The notes under the pieces: generated by a model
Database searches by the model: none
What the model saw: the letters and a program-made list of their open reading frames with translations, nothing else
Told to the model about the DNA's origin: nothing
Origin: Tissierellia bacterium
GTDB taxonomy: Bacteria; Bacillota; Clostridia; Tissierellales; Tepidimicrobiaceae
Direction of reading: 5' to 3'
DNA length: 48,585 bases
Assembly (NCBI GenBank): GCA_012798935.1
Contig: JAAZMG010000095.1
Location: 1 to 48,585, forward strand
Shown here: piece after piece, positions 36,405 through 46,470 of the stretch
Numbering within the stretch: the stretch's first letter is position 1
How the letters are laid out: each line of letters starts with the position of its first letter
Position numbers and translations under genes: made by a program

Positions 36405-37628
36405 TCATACGTTAATACCTGCTAAATATCCAGTTGAATAAGCTATTTGAAGATTATATCCTCCTGTTAAGCCATCTACATCGATTATCTCTCCTGCAAA
36501 AAACAAACCAGGTATAAGTTTAGATTCCATAGTAGAAGGGTCAATTTCCACAGTAGATACACCACCCGAAGTTACAATAGCTTCTTCTATTGGCCTAAAT
36601 CCCTTAAAAGTTAAAGATAGGTTTTTAATTGTATCGACCATTTTATTCCTTTCCAGTTTTGTAATCTGATTAATAGGTTTTCCCTCATCTATAGAAGATT
36701 CCTGAATAATTATTGGAATAAGTCTTTGGGGTAATAATTTATCCAATCCATTTTTTATCTGCTTATTTTTATATGTATCAAAATCCCTCAATATTCTTTT
36801 ATCTAACTTTTCCTTTGATAGAGCAGGTTTTAAATCTATACATAGTTGTATATTTTTGTTCTTATATTTATTAATATAGTTACTCATAGATAGTACTATG
36901 GGGCCTGAAATGCCATAATGAGTAAAAAGCATTTCACCAAATTCCTCATGTACTTTTTTATTATCTATACAAGCTGTTAATTTTACATTTTTTAATGATA
37001 AACCTTGAACTTCCTTGATCCAGCCCTTTTCTATTTCTATTGGAACTAATGAAGGCTTTAACGGCTCTATTCGATGCCCAAACTTCTTTGCAAAAGTATA
37101 ACCATCCCCTGTTGACCCCGTTAATGGATATGATTTACCCCCCGTAGCTATAATTAAATTATCAAATATCATACTATCATTATTGTAAAATTTGACTATA
37201 AATTTATTATCTTCATATTCTAAATCCGTAACTCTTTTATTTAATAGTATCTTTACATTATTAGATGCTAAAAATTTTTCTAGAGCTTTTAAAACATCAC
37301 TAGATTTATCTGAAGTTGGAAATACCCTATTACCTCTTTCAATCTTAATTTTAAGTCCACAAGATTCTAAGAGGTTTATTATATCTTCATTTGTAAAAGA
37401 ATAAAAACTACTGTATAAAAAAGTATTATTTGTTATTATATTTTCAAAAAAACTTTCAATCGAAGAAGCATTAGTAATATTGCATCTACCTTTTCCTGTT
37501 ATAAATAATTTTTTACCCAATTGATTGTTTTTTTCAATTAATGTAACGTCTCCTCCCTTTGAACCAGCAAATCCAGCTGCTATTATTCCTGCAGGGCCAC
37601 CACCTATTACCCCTATTTTTTTTACCAT
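36405..37628 (-). CDS. NAD(P)/FAD-dependent oxidoreductase, HI0933/YhiN family
   Basis: AAGGAGAG 10 nt before ATG 37628 (MVKKIGVIGGGPAG). C-terminal GGYNLQIAYSTGYLAG is typical of the family. Confidence 0.85.
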   Translation of the reverse strand: MVKKIGVIGGGPAGIIAAGFAGSKGGDVTLIEKNNQLGKKLFITGKGRCNITNASSIESFFENIITNNTFLYSSFYSFTNEDIINLLESCGLKIKIERGNRVFPTSDKSSDVLKALEKFLASNNVKILLNKRVTDLEYEDNKFIVKFYNNDSMIFDNLIIATGGKSYPLTGSTGDGYTFAKKFGHRIEPLKPSLVPIEIEKGWIKEVQGLSLKNVKLTACIDNKKVHEEFGEMLFTHYGISGPIVLSMSNYINKYKNKNIQLCIDLKPALSKEKLDKRILRDFDTYKNKQIKNGLDKLLPQRLIPIIIQESSIDEGKPINQITKLERNKMVDTIKNLSLTFKGFRPIEEAIVTSGGVSTVEIDPSTMESKLIPGLFFAGEIIDVDGLTGGYNLQIAYSTGYLAGINV

Positions 37629-37633
37629 CCTAG

Positions 37634-38245
37634 TCAACTCTCCTTTATATGACATGTATCGTTTAAAGCTTTAACCACTCTATTATAATCCCTGTTTTCA
37701 ATAATGGTTAAACTTACATTGTTTAAGGTTAAATTTTTAAAATAGACTAAATCCATATTCAATAGCCCTAATATTATAGTCTTTAAAGTTGCACCATGGG
37801 AAACTATTAGTATATTGTCTCCTTCTTCATTGTTTATAATCTTATTTACTGCAAGCATAGCCCTTGATTGTAATTCTTTTAAAGATTCAGCCCCTTCTAC
37901 CCTTAACTTTTCTGGTTTCTTTCTCCATAAACAAAGTTCATTATAATGTTCTGTGTTCATTTTATCAATAGACATGCCCTCCCATACTCCAAAATTAATT
38001 TCTCTAAACTCTCTTATAGGGGTTACATCTAAACTAAGCTTTTTACCAATAATCACAGCTGTATCATAGGCTCTTTTAAGATCACTTGAATATATTATAT
38101 CTATTTCTTCATTGATTAATCTATCTCCGATTAAATTGGCTTGTTTTATTCCTTTAGCCGTAAGTGGAATATCTTGTTGTCCTTGAACTTTTTTTAATAC
38201 ATTCCAATGGGATTCTCCATGTCTTACTAAAAATATTTTTTTCAT
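37634..38245 (-). CDS. Histidine phosphatase family protein (phosphoglycerate mutase-like)
   Basis: LVRHGESHWN catalytic motif and a later SHG. Confidence 0.85.
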   Translation of the reverse strand: MKKIFLVRHGESHWNVLKKVQGQQDIPLTAKGIKQANLIGDRLINEEIDIIYSSDLKRAYDTAVIIGKKLSLDVTPIREFREINFGVWEGMSIDKMNTEHYNELCLWRKKPEKLRVEGAESLKELQSRAMLAVNKIINNEEGDNILIVSHGATLKTIILGLLNMDLVYFKNLTLNNVSLTIIENRDYNRVVKALNDTCHIKES

Positions 38246-38340
38246 ATATTTACCTCCAATATTGTATAAATTATATTATAACAGAAATATAATTATTTTA
38301 TTGTTATAATTTATGAAAGGTCTTATACAATATTTAACTT

Positions 38341-38378
38341 AAAAACTAAAGCTGCCTAATTAGGCAGCTTTAGTTTTT
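38341..38378 (-). terminator. Terminator overlapping the rpiR-like stop codon
   Basis: Perfect 19+19 nt palindrome AAAAACTAAAGCTGCCTAA / TTAGGCAGCTTTAGTTTTT. Confidence 0.8.
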
Positions 38379-39245
38379 AAGTTTATTATTTGTATTGTAT
38401 GTACTATGTTTTTTCCATATCTTTTCTAAATCTTCAAAATAAGTGGTAATATCATCTTTTTTCTCCATTCCAATTGCAACTATAAAGGCATTGATTAAAC
38501 TCATAGGCGCTACTAAAGAGTCAACAAAGGATAACATACTACTACTTGCAATCAAGGTAACATCTGCATATTGTGCCGCTGGAGATATTAAACTATCAGT
38601 TATACCTATTATCTTACATTTCTTATCCTTTCCATAATCTAATGCTTCCAAAGTTCTCTTAGAATACCGAGGATAAGATATTCCAATAATAACATCCTTA
38701 CTAGTAGCCTTTAATAATTGTTCAAAAACATCATTAGGTCCCGATGTTATAATTTTGCTATTGTCCAATAAAAAGTTTAAATAAAAGCCTAAATAACCTG
38801 CTAGAAAGGAAGAACTCCTAAGGCCCAATATAAAAACATTGTTTGCTTCTAGAGTTATTTCTACAGCTTTCTGGAAGGCCTGATAATCTATTTCATTAAG
38901 AGTTTTTTCAATATTGTCCATATCTTTTTTAATAACTTGTTTTAAAGCATTTTCATAATCGGTAAAATCCTTACTCAAGGAAATTCTTTGAACAGTAGTC
39001 AATTTGTTTTTTATCAGCTCCTGCAACTCCTTTTGAAGCTCTCTATACCCATCATAACCAAGGGTATTAGCAAATCGTACTACTGTAGATTCACTTACTC
39101 CTGAAGCCTCTCCTAAAGCAGCTGCTGTCATAAAAGCTGCTCTATCATAATTGTCCATTATAAATTCAGCTATTAACTTTTGCCCCTTACTTAATCTATT
39201 AAAATTATTTTGAATAACCTTTATCAAATCAACATACTTCTCCAT
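38370..39245 (-). CDS. RpiR/MurR family transcriptional regulator (HTH + SIS)
   Basis: N-terminal HTH_6 (LSKGQKLIAEFIMDNY...ASGVSESTVVRFANTLGYDGYRELQ) and a C-terminal SIS domain. AGGAG 8 nt before the ATG, inside the end of the upstream gene. Confidence 0.88.
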   Translation of the reverse strand: MEKYVDLIKVIQNNFNRLSKGQKLIAEFIMDNYDRAAFMTAAALGEASGVSESTVVRFANTLGYDGYRELQKELQELIKNKLTTVQRISLSKDFTDYENALKQVIKKDMDNIEKTLNEIDYQAFQKAVEITLEANNVFILGLRSSSFLAGYLGFYLNFLLDNSKIITSGPNDVFEQLLKATSKDVIIGISYPRYSKRTLEALDYGKDKKCKIIGITDSLISPAAQYADVTLIASSSMLSFVDSLVAPMSLINAFIVAIGMEKKDDITTYFEDLEKIWKKHSTYNTNNKLKN

Positions 39246-39792
39246 ATGGTTTACTCCTATAATTTTTTATTAATTCAAACCCTTTTTTCAGTGCTTTTTT
39301 ATTTAATTCTTCTGTTCCCCGAGGCACTCTGTTTAATACTGCCCTTTCTAAAGAAACCCTATTTACTATTTTGGTCAATTCATATATGCTACCTAATGCC
39401 ACAATGTTTGCAACCATAGATTTTTTTAATCCATTTGAAGCCGTTTTTAAGATTGGTATAGAATAAATTTTTATATCATCCCTATCAGGCAATTTTGTCA
39501 CGCTACTATCTAATATTAGTATCCCACCTGATTTTAAAGAACTAATATATTTATCACAAGCCTTCTGGGTTAATGATAATAATATATCACATTTATTAAC
39601 TTTAGGATAATTAATAGGAGCCTGACTAATAATAACTTCAGATTTGCTAGCTCCACCTCTAGCTTCTGGACCATAGGATTGAGATTGAACAACATTTTTA
39701 CCATCATACAAAGCTGCCTCTGCTAAGATAATTCCTGCTAAAATAAGACCCTGCCCACCAGAACCACTCAATCTTAATTCTTGACGTAACAT
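39229..39792 (-). CDS. 2-oxoacid:ferredoxin oxidoreductase, gamma subunit
   Basis: 187 aa. GSGGQG near the N-terminus, typical of POR/KOR gamma. Operon order is delta-alpha-beta-gamma. Confidence 0.9.
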   Translation of the reverse strand: MLRQELRLSGSGGQGLILAGIILAEAALYDGKNVVQSQSYGPEARGGASKSEVIISQAPINYPKVNKCDILLSLTQKACDKYISSLKSGGILILDSSVTKLPDRDDIKIYSIPILKTASNGLKKSMVANIVALGSIYELTKIVNRVSLERAVLNRVPRGTEELNKKALKKGFELIKNYRSKPYGEVC

Positions 39793-39807
39793 AATAATAT
39801 CTCTCCT

Positions 39808-40617
39808 TTAAAAAGATTCTACCATTCTATTATATTCCTCAACATATTCAGGTCTTTTCCCTTTGTATAGCTCTCCAACTATAATTTTACCTTTACGTTG
39901 TTCCTCGGAAAGTTTTTCATAAGATACTTTGTTTACCGCAATTTCTTTTAAATCTGTAATCATATCCACAGAATCACCTTTTTTATTCTTCCTTCCATAA
40001 TAGGTTGGACAAATAGTTATAGTTTCTATAAATGAAAATCCTTTGTTCTTTATACCATTTTCAACCTGTTTAATAATCATATTGGCACCAAAGACAGTAG
40101 CCCTACTTACATATGTTGCTCCAGCAGCTTTTGCTAAATTACATAAATCAAAATTAGCATCTATATTACCATAAGGGGCTGTAGTACCTCGATCCCCCGT
40201 TGGTGTTGTAGGAGAATATTGACCTCCTGTCATACCATATATATTGTTATTAAACACAATTGTAGTTATATCAATATTTCTTCTTGCTGTATGTATTAAA
40301 TGATTCCCTCCAATTGCAACACAATCTCCATCACCTGTAATTACTATTACATGTAATTTTGGATTGGCAAATTTTATACCTGTTGCAAAAGCTAATGCTC
40401 TTCCATGGGTTGTATGTATAGTGTTAAAATCTAAATAACCAGAAGCCCTAGACGAACAACCAATACCAGATACAATACATACATCATCTTGATTTAAACC
40501 TAAATTGTCTATTGCCTTTACAATAGCTCTTGTAACTATTCCATTTCCACATCCAGGACACCAAATATGAGGTAAACTCTCAGTTCTATAGTACTTATCT
40601 ACTAATTGACTTGGCAA
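39808..40617 (-). CDS. 2-oxoacid:ferredoxin oxidoreductase, beta (TPP-binding) subunit
   Basis: WCPGCGNG and GDGD...GGNH TPP-binding motifs. Confidence 0.9.
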   Translation of the reverse strand: MPSQLVDKYYRTESLPHIWCPGCGNGIVTRAIVKAIDNLGLNQDDVCIVSGIGCSSRASGYLDFNTIHTTHGRALAFATGIKFANPKLHVIVITGDGDCVAIGGNHLIHTARRNIDITTIVFNNNIYGMTGGQYSPTTPTGDRGTTAPYGNIDANFDLCNLAKAAGATYVSRATVFGANMIIKQVENGIKNKGFSFIETITICPTYYGRKNKKGDSVDMITDLKEIAVNKVSYEKLSEEQRKGKIIVGELYKGKRPEYVEEYNRMVESF

Positions 40618-40619
40618 CC

Positions 40620-41756
40620 TTAACCCTCCTTAATAAAAGAAATAATTTCTTCTGGAGTTATTAACTCTCCATGAACACGACCATATTGATTAACTGTTGT
40701 ATATTTACCAGCAATCCTATCTATCTCAAGAAAATATTGTCCCATATTCATTTCTATTACTGAGACTTTTTTTACTTTTCTTGCCATTTCTTCAATTTGC
40801 TTTTGTGCTACTGGCCAAATTGTAATAGGTCTAAACATACCTATTTTACAACCTTCTTCTCTCAAAGAATCAATAGCAGATTTTACAGATCTGGCAGTTG
40901 CTCCATATGCTATAATTACTTTTTCAGCATCTTCTAACCTATATTCTTCATATTCTACAATATCTTCTACATTATCTTGAATTTTATTGATTAGTCTTGT
41001 AATCAAATTTTCAGCAATCTTATGATCATTTGTTGGAAATCCTGTTTCACTATGGACTAATCCAGTAACATGAAATCTATAACCCTCGCCAAAGTTTACC
41101 ATTTCAGGGACTATATCTCCTTCTCTAACATGGAAGGGTAAATATTCACTTGGACTAGACTTAGGCTTTTTCCTATTGTAAATTTCAACTTCGTCAATAT
41201 TAGGTATTTCAATTTTTTCTCTCATATGTGCAATTACTTCATCCATTAATAGTATAACTGGGGTACGATACTTTTCCGCTAAATTAAAAGCTTTTATAGT
41301 AGTATCGTAAATCTCTCTTACCGTAGAAGGGTATAGAGCAATTATTGAATGATCTCCATGGGTACCCCATCTAGCTTGCATAATATCACCTTGTGCAGGG
41401 AAAGTGGGCAATCCAGTACTAGGACCTCCCCTTTGTACATTAACTATAACGCAAGGGGTTTCTGATATAGCAGCATATCCAATACCTTCTTGCTTAAGAG
41501 AAAAACCAGGGCCACTAGTTGCTGTCATAGCTTTATATCCAGTTAATGAAGCACCTATTATAGCACTAATACTTGCAATTTCATCTTCCATTTGAATAAA
41601 CTTGCCTCCTATTCTAGGCAATTTTGCTGCTGATAGCTCGGCAATTTCTGTTGATGGAGTAATTGGATAGCCAGCATAAAATCTCATTCCAGCTGCTATT
41701 GCACCTTCTACACAAGCTTCATTACCTTGCATCAGCCTTATTATTTTTTCTGTCAT
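40620..41756 (-). CDS. 2-oxoacid:ferredoxin oxidoreductase, alpha subunit
   Basis: 378 aa. GNEACVEGAIAAG...GYPITPS N-terminus typical of KorA/PorA. Confidence 0.9.
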   Translation of the reverse strand: MTEKIIRLMQGNEACVEGAIAAGMRFYAGYPITPSTEIAELSAAKLPRIGGKFIQMEDEIASISAIIGASLTGYKAMTATSGPGFSLKQEGIGYAAISETPCVIVNVQRGGPSTGLPTFPAQGDIMQARWGTHGDHSIIALYPSTVREIYDTTIKAFNLAEKYRTPVILLMDEVIAHMREKIEIPNIDEVEIYNRKKPKSSPSEYLPFHVREGDIVPEMVNFGEGYRFHVTGLVHSETGFPTNDHKIAENLITRLINKIQDNVEDIVEYEEYRLEDAEKVIIAYGATARSVKSAIDSLREEGCKIGMFRPITIWPVAQKQIEEMARKVKKVSVIEMNMGQYFLEIDRIAGKYTTVNQYGRVHGELITPEEIISFIKEG

Positions 41757-41757
41757 T

Positions 41758-41952
41758 TTATTGACCTCCTAAATAAATAGCATAATCAGGACATCTTAAT
41801 TCACATTGACCACATTGAATACAAGCCTTCAAATCTTTTATAGCTACTTTATCATCCTTTATTTCCAATACCTTTTTTGGACAAAAGGTTACACATATAC
41901 CACAGCCTTTACACCATTCTTCTACCACATAAAGTGTTTGCAATGTTCCCAA
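41758..41952 (-). CDS. 4Fe-4S ferredoxin-type delta subunit
   Basis: 64 aa with two CxxCxxCxxxCP motifs (CKGCGICVTFCP, CIQCGQCELRCP). Confidence 0.9.
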   Translation of the reverse strand: MGTLQTLYVVEEWCKGCGICVTFCPKKVLEIKDDKVAIKDLKACIQCGQCELRCPDYAIYLGGQ

Positions 41953-42133
41953 CGTAAAATCCCCCTTGTTGTGATATTTTCTACTTTTATAATAACAAAA
42001 TTATCCTATTTGTGCAAGTTTTATTTCATTAATTTGATGTTGTTAATAGAAATGCAAGATTTGTTTCATTAGTTAAAATAAAAACAAGCCTTAAGACTTG
42101 TTTTTTAAAGGGGAAAATACAAATTTATTTACT

Positions 42134-42709
42134 TTATAGTTTTTCTATGCCATAAAGTATTGGCGGATTGTTTTGCTGATTTATAAAATTAAATTCTAGA
42201 ACATTATATTCTTTTTGATTTAAAAGTTTTAAAAAGTTTTCTATTTCCTCTTTTTCTTCTAATCCACCTTCATGGCCAATATAGCAAGTTACTAATAATA
42301 ATCCATTACTATGGAGTAAATTTAGTGCTTTTTTAATGCTCTCTAATGTTGTACTAGCATTAGTTTTAATTGCCCTATCGCCATTTGGTAGATAACCTAA
42401 ATTATATACTGCAAAGTCTATTTTCTGTTCAATATATTTATCTATATTTTCATGGCCATCATTAATAAGAGTTACTCTTTCCTCTAAATTTTTTTCTAAT
42501 AATTTATTCTTGGTTATATTAATAGCCATAGATTGGATATCAAATCCATAAACTTTGCCAGTTTCTCCAACAAGTTTTGCTAAAAACAAAGTATCATTCC
42601 CATTTCCTACAGTACAGTCCAAAACAATGTGTCCTTCTTCTACATAGTAGGTCATAATCTTCTTCACTGTTTCTACCGGGTTGATAAAATGTTTAAATCT
42701 CATCTTCAT
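42134..42709 (-). CDS. Class I SAM-dependent methyltransferase, YtqB/MnmM-like
   Basis: VLDCTVGNGNDTLFLA SAM-binding motif and YGFDIQ. Overall similarity to the B. subtilis YtqB type, from memory. Start uncertain (ATG 42709 or 42703); overlaps the GNAT stop. Confidence 0.7.
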   Translation of the reverse strand: MKMRFKHFINPVETVKKIMTYYVEEGHIVLDCTVGNGNDTLFLAKLVGETGKVYGFDIQSMAINITKNKLLEKNLEERVTLINDGHENIDKYIEQKIDFAVYNLGYLPNGDRAIKTNASTTLESIKKALNLLHSNGLLLVTCYIGHEGGLEEKEEIENFLKLLNQKEYNVLEFNFINQQNNPPILYGIEKL

Positions 42710-43103
42710 AGCTACAACACCCCTTACTAAAAAAATCCTCAATGTTTAAAAACATTTTGTAAGATCCAGTTTCTTCTTCACCGTATTTAAATCCTTTTTT
42801 AAATAAATAATCATTCATATTATAATAGAATATCTTTTTTATTCCTATTGACTCTGCCTTAAACAATAAGGACCTTAATAGAGCATCTCCTAAGTTTAAT
42901 CCTCTATATTCTTCTTCAATAATTACATATTCCAAAACACCATAATCACCCTCAAGTCTTATTTTGCCTACACCTATAATAATATTATTATCTATAAATA
43001 CATAAACAATCCCTTTTAATAAATCATCTTTTATATTTTCTTTTTCAAGAATAGATTTTGCTTTTAAATATTCTTCCTTATTTATTTTACGTAATGCTAT
43101 CAT
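42693..43103 (-). CDS. GNAT family N-acetyltransferase
   Basis: 136 aa. Motif A YRGLNLGDALLRSL. Confidence 0.8.
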   Translation of the reverse strand: MIALRKINKEEYLKAKSILEKENIKDDLLKGIVYVFIDNNIIIGVGKIRLEGDYGVLEYVIIEEEYRGLNLGDALLRSLLFKAESIGIKKIFYYNMNDYLFKKGFKYGEEETGSYKMFLNIEDFFSKGCCSYEDEI

Positions 43104-43277
43104 CCCTATTAAATCACTTCCATTTCTTACAATCTTGTCAAGAACATCTATAGATTAAAAAAAATTAAAAGATAGAAAGTTAGCAAAATGGGGTTACTAT
43201 AAATAATATATAAGGTTTCACGAACTAAAAATTTTATGGGTAAAATACTGTATGTAACAATACAAATGACCACAATG

Positions 43278-43994
43278 TTAAAGTTTCTTTAAATATTTAA
43301 CTTCTTTTTCAGTTAGATATCTCCATTTGCCAATTTCTAAATTATCTAAATTTAGCTCACCAATTGCCACCCTTTTTAGTTTTATTACAGGATGTTTTAT
43401 ATATTCGCACATTTTTCTTACTTGCCTATTCCTACCTTCATGAATTGATATTTTAAGCACTGATGAATCCTTATACCTTTTTACAATTTTAACATAAGCT
43501 TCTGCAGTTACCCTACCGTCAATCTTTAATCCTTTTCTAAACCTATTCAACTTTTTATTATTTGGAACTCCCTCCACTAAAGCTATATATTTCTTTGGTA
43601 CTTCATGGCTTGGATGGGTTAATTTATAAGCTAAATCCCCATCATTAGTCATGAGAAGTAATCCAGAAGTATCTAAATCAAGCCTTCCTACCGGAAAAAT
43701 TCTTTCTTCAATGCTCTTAATTAAGTCTAATACTATTTTGTCACTATGTTTATCCTTCAACGTAGTAACATATCCTTCTGGTTTATTTAACATTATATAG
43801 ACCTTGTTTTTTTCTATTTGTATTTCTTTATTATCTACCTTTACTATATCTTTATTTGGATCAATTATTGTACCAAGTTCTTTTACAACTAGGCCATTAA
43901 CAGTTACTCTACCTTCTAAAATTATCTTCTCTGATTTTCTTCTTGAAGCCACTCCACATTTAGCCATATATTTTTGTAATCTCACATTATTCAT
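43278..43994 (-). CDS. rluB: 23S rRNA pseudouridine synthase, RsuA/RluB family
   Basis: N-terminal S4 domain (RLQKYMAKCGVASRRKSEKII) and catalytic GRLDLDTSGLLL. Confidence 0.9.
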   Translation of the reverse strand: MNNVRLQKYMAKCGVASRRKSEKIILEGRVTVNGLVVKELGTIIDPNKDIVKVDNKEIQIEKNKVYIMLNKPEGYVTTLKDKHSDKIVLDLIKSIEERIFPVGRLDLDTSGLLLMTNDGDLAYKLTHPSHEVPKKYIALVEGVPNNKKLNRFRKGLKIDGRVTAEAYVKIVKRYKDSSVLKISIHEGRNRQVRKMCEYIKHPVIKLKRVAIGELNLDNLEIGKWRYLTEKEVKYLKKL

Positions 43995-44051
43995 CCCTTC
44001 ATCTTTTGCTATATATATTCTATTCCTTTTTAAATTCTTTGTAAAATCATC

Positions 44052-45335
44052 TTATAATTTCTCGTATATATTTAATAGTCCTAAATTTTCCACCCGACTT
44101 TTTATTTTATGCAAATCTGTTGTATATAATCCTTTTTCGATCATCCTATTAAAATAAGTACTACCAGCAAAAGTATATCTATCCTTAAGTCCCTCTTCTG
44201 TTTGTATCATATAGTTACCATAATAGATTAAGTCTCCAACAGCTAATTCAGTAGGTAATTCTAGCAATCTTTTACCTAATATATATCTAACACTATTATA
44301 TCCTGCTAAGCTACCTGTAGAAATAGCTTCTGTGTGCCCAACAAATAATCCTGATTTTTCTCCTCCGCAAAATAAATTATTTACTCCATTTACTTTCATT
44401 GTATTTTGTCTTGGTGCAATAGATAAATACCTAACAGAATTGCCTATTCCCCCTGAATAAGGATCCTCATACCTTGCATTTTCTAAGCCCTTTATCTTCC
44501 TTAGTTTTTCTAAAGGATAGAAAGAAGTCATCATCTTAGCATGACCTGTATCTAGTAGAATAATATTTTCTCCATATTCTTTTAATGCATATTGTTGACA
44601 CACCTTTTTTGTTAGTTTATCCATCTTAATATCTTCCTTGGGCACCGGTAATATTACTACCCCCTCTCTCTCTAGTTTATCTTTAATATCAGCACTTAAA
44701 GAATCTTTATTCAACTTACAAGACCCGCTAAAAGCACCAAATGAACCATCCTTTTTCATTCCTACTATATCTTTGACCCCTGCTTTTTGACTAATACTAA
44801 CCCTTGGTCCGAAAGAAGGACATCTTAGGATACACATAGCACATCCGTTGCCATATTTAAAACAGTTGCCCATAGGCCCTGTAGAGCCTGTAGTGTCTAT
44901 AAAGGCCTTCCCATATACTGTCTCCCCATCACTTAAAACTACTCCCTCTATATCCTTTCCTTCCATTATTACATCTATAACTCTTTTCTTCAATTTTACC
45001 TCTATTCCTAATTCTATTAATAACTTTCTAACTGCTGGTTCAATTTTGGTTACATCATATAAGTAAGCATGTTTATGTCCAGGAAATGATATGTTTTTAT
45101 GGATTGAAAACTTATCTGTAATTTCAAATAACTCCCTAGCCCCTAAAAATATGTTTTCTTCTGCCGCTGTAAACCGCCCATTATTTCTCATTATTCCACC
45201 TACGTTTCCTAATCCTATAAGCATATCAGTCTTTTCTAAAAGTATAACATGAACCCCTAATTTTTTTGCTATAATACTTGCTGCACATCCAGCCCAACCT
45301 CCACCTATTATGACTAAAGTAGTCACTAAAGTCAC
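44052..45335 (-). CDS. FAD-dependent oxidoreductase (uncharacterised; GidA/TrmFO-like dinucleotide fold)
   Basis: N-terminal IIGGGWAGCAAS, an internal Cys cluster (GNCFKYGNGCAMCILRCP) and a C-terminal GGEKSG. 427 aa. Confidence 0.75.
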   Translation of the reverse strand: MTLVTTLVIIGGGWAGCAASIIAKKLGVHVILLEKTDMLIGLGNVGGIMRNNGRFTAAEENIFLGARELFEITDKFSIHKNISFPGHKHAYLYDVTKIEPAVRKLLIELGIEVKLKKRVIDVIMEGKDIEGVVLSDGETVYGKAFIDTTGSTGPMGNCFKYGNGCAMCILRCPSFGPRVSISQKAGVKDIVGMKKDGSFGAFSGSCKLNKDSLSADIKDKLEREGVVILPVPKEDIKMDKLTKKVCQQYALKEYGENIILLDTGHAKMMTSFYPLEKLRKIKGLENARYEDPYSGGIGNSVRYLSIAPRQNTMKVNGVNNLFCGGEKSGLFVGHTEAISTGSLAGYNSVRYILGKRLLELPTELAVGDLIYYGNYMIQTEEGLKDRYTFAGSTYFNRMIEKGLYTTDLHKIKSRVENLGLLNIYEKL

Positions 45336-45341
45336 CTCCCA

Positions 45342-46280
45342 TTAATACATTTGTTTAGGATCTATTAAAGTTTTACAGGTTTTAATTCTTTCCCCAGAAT
45401 CTATCTTACGAGTGCAAGAACCACATATTCCTTCTCCACAACATAATATATTGTTATTTGTAACAAATATTTTAATATCCTTCCTGCTCTCCTTTACTAT
45501 AGCAGTTACATTCCTATGGAGCATTTCAGAACCAGCACTCAGTACTACATCTATTGGGTTTTCTCTAATAAAATCTATTAATTTTTTCTCACCTTCACTA
45601 GAAAATAAATCTAACATTTCTATTCTTATGTTTTTATCGGAAATATAATTTAAACAATATAAAGAATTTAGTTTCCCTTTATCTAAAAATAAAACTACTT
45701 TATTATTTCTTTTTATTAGTTTATTCAAAGGTATTAAAATCGAAGATTGACCTATACCTCTCACAATTATTAAAATATTAGAATTACTTACTTTTGATAA
45801 TTTATGTTCTCCAATTATTCCATTCCAATAAGGACCCCTTATGGATAACTCTTCTTCACATTGAATATTCTTAGTTTTTGGCCCTATCTCCTGATACACA
45901 ATGTAAATATAATCTTCATCTATATTAAAAATAGACATAGGTGTGTCATAATAATTACTACAATTAACCTTCCTAATGAAAACATAAGAACCTATTGTGT
46001 TTAGTTCATTCAGTAATTTTTTATCTAACTTTATCTTTAATAAAATAAGATTTTTATCTAAAAAAACCTTTCCTATTACAATGCCTCTATAAGTTTTCTT
46101 AAAGTCACTATATTGTTTATTATTCATATAGTATTCGTATAGAATACAAACTCCATTCCAACTACAATCACAGAAATCTTCCCCTGCTAAATGAGAACAA
46201 GAAATACAATTCATAGTATTAGCTAGGTTACAAGGACAATATTTGCTTCCTGCATCTATACAGTTATATGTTTTATCCAT
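45342..46280 (-). CDS. PyrK/sulfide-dehydrogenase-like FAD/NAD-binding electron-transfer protein with Cys-rich N-terminal extension
   Basis: GGAGGTG 6 nt before ATG 46280 (MDKTYNC...). Eight Cys in the first ~45 aa, a ferredoxin-reductase-like core, and a C-terminal 2Fe-2S-type CCGEGICGSC...C. Confidence 0.72.
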   Translation of the reverse strand: MDKTYNCIDAGSKYCPCNLANTMNCISCSHLAGEDFCDCSWNGVCILYEYYMNNKQYSDFKKTYRGIVIGKVFLDKNLILLKIKLDKKLLNELNTIGSYVFIRKVNCSNYYDTPMSIFNIDEDYIYIVYQEIGPKTKNIQCEEELSIRGPYWNGIIGEHKLSKVSNSNILIIVRGIGQSSILIPLNKLIKRNNKVVLFLDKGKLNSLYCLNYISDKNIRIEMLDLFSSEGEKKLIDFIRENPIDVVLSAGSEMLHRNVTAIVKESRKDIKIFVTNNNILCCGEGICGSCTRKIDSGERIKTCKTLIDPKQMY

Positions 46281-46415
46281 GTACACCACCTCCATTTAAA
46301 TAACCACCTAGTATATAGCATATTTATACTAAGGCCTATTGGTTACAAGATAAAAATGGAAATTGTCCCTAGCAGAAGTAACTTTACTATATTTTATTGT
46401 ATAAAAATTAGATAA

Positions 46416-46448
46416 GAGAGGGTTTAATTTATTACTCTATACCCTCTC
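46416..46448 (-). terminator. Possible terminator after dacB
   Basis: GAGAGGGT / ACCCTCTC 8-bp stem with a 17-nt loop, followed on the - strand by TTATCTAATTTTTAT. Confidence 0.4.
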
Positions 46449-46470
46449 CTGTTCAAATCCATAATTTCTT

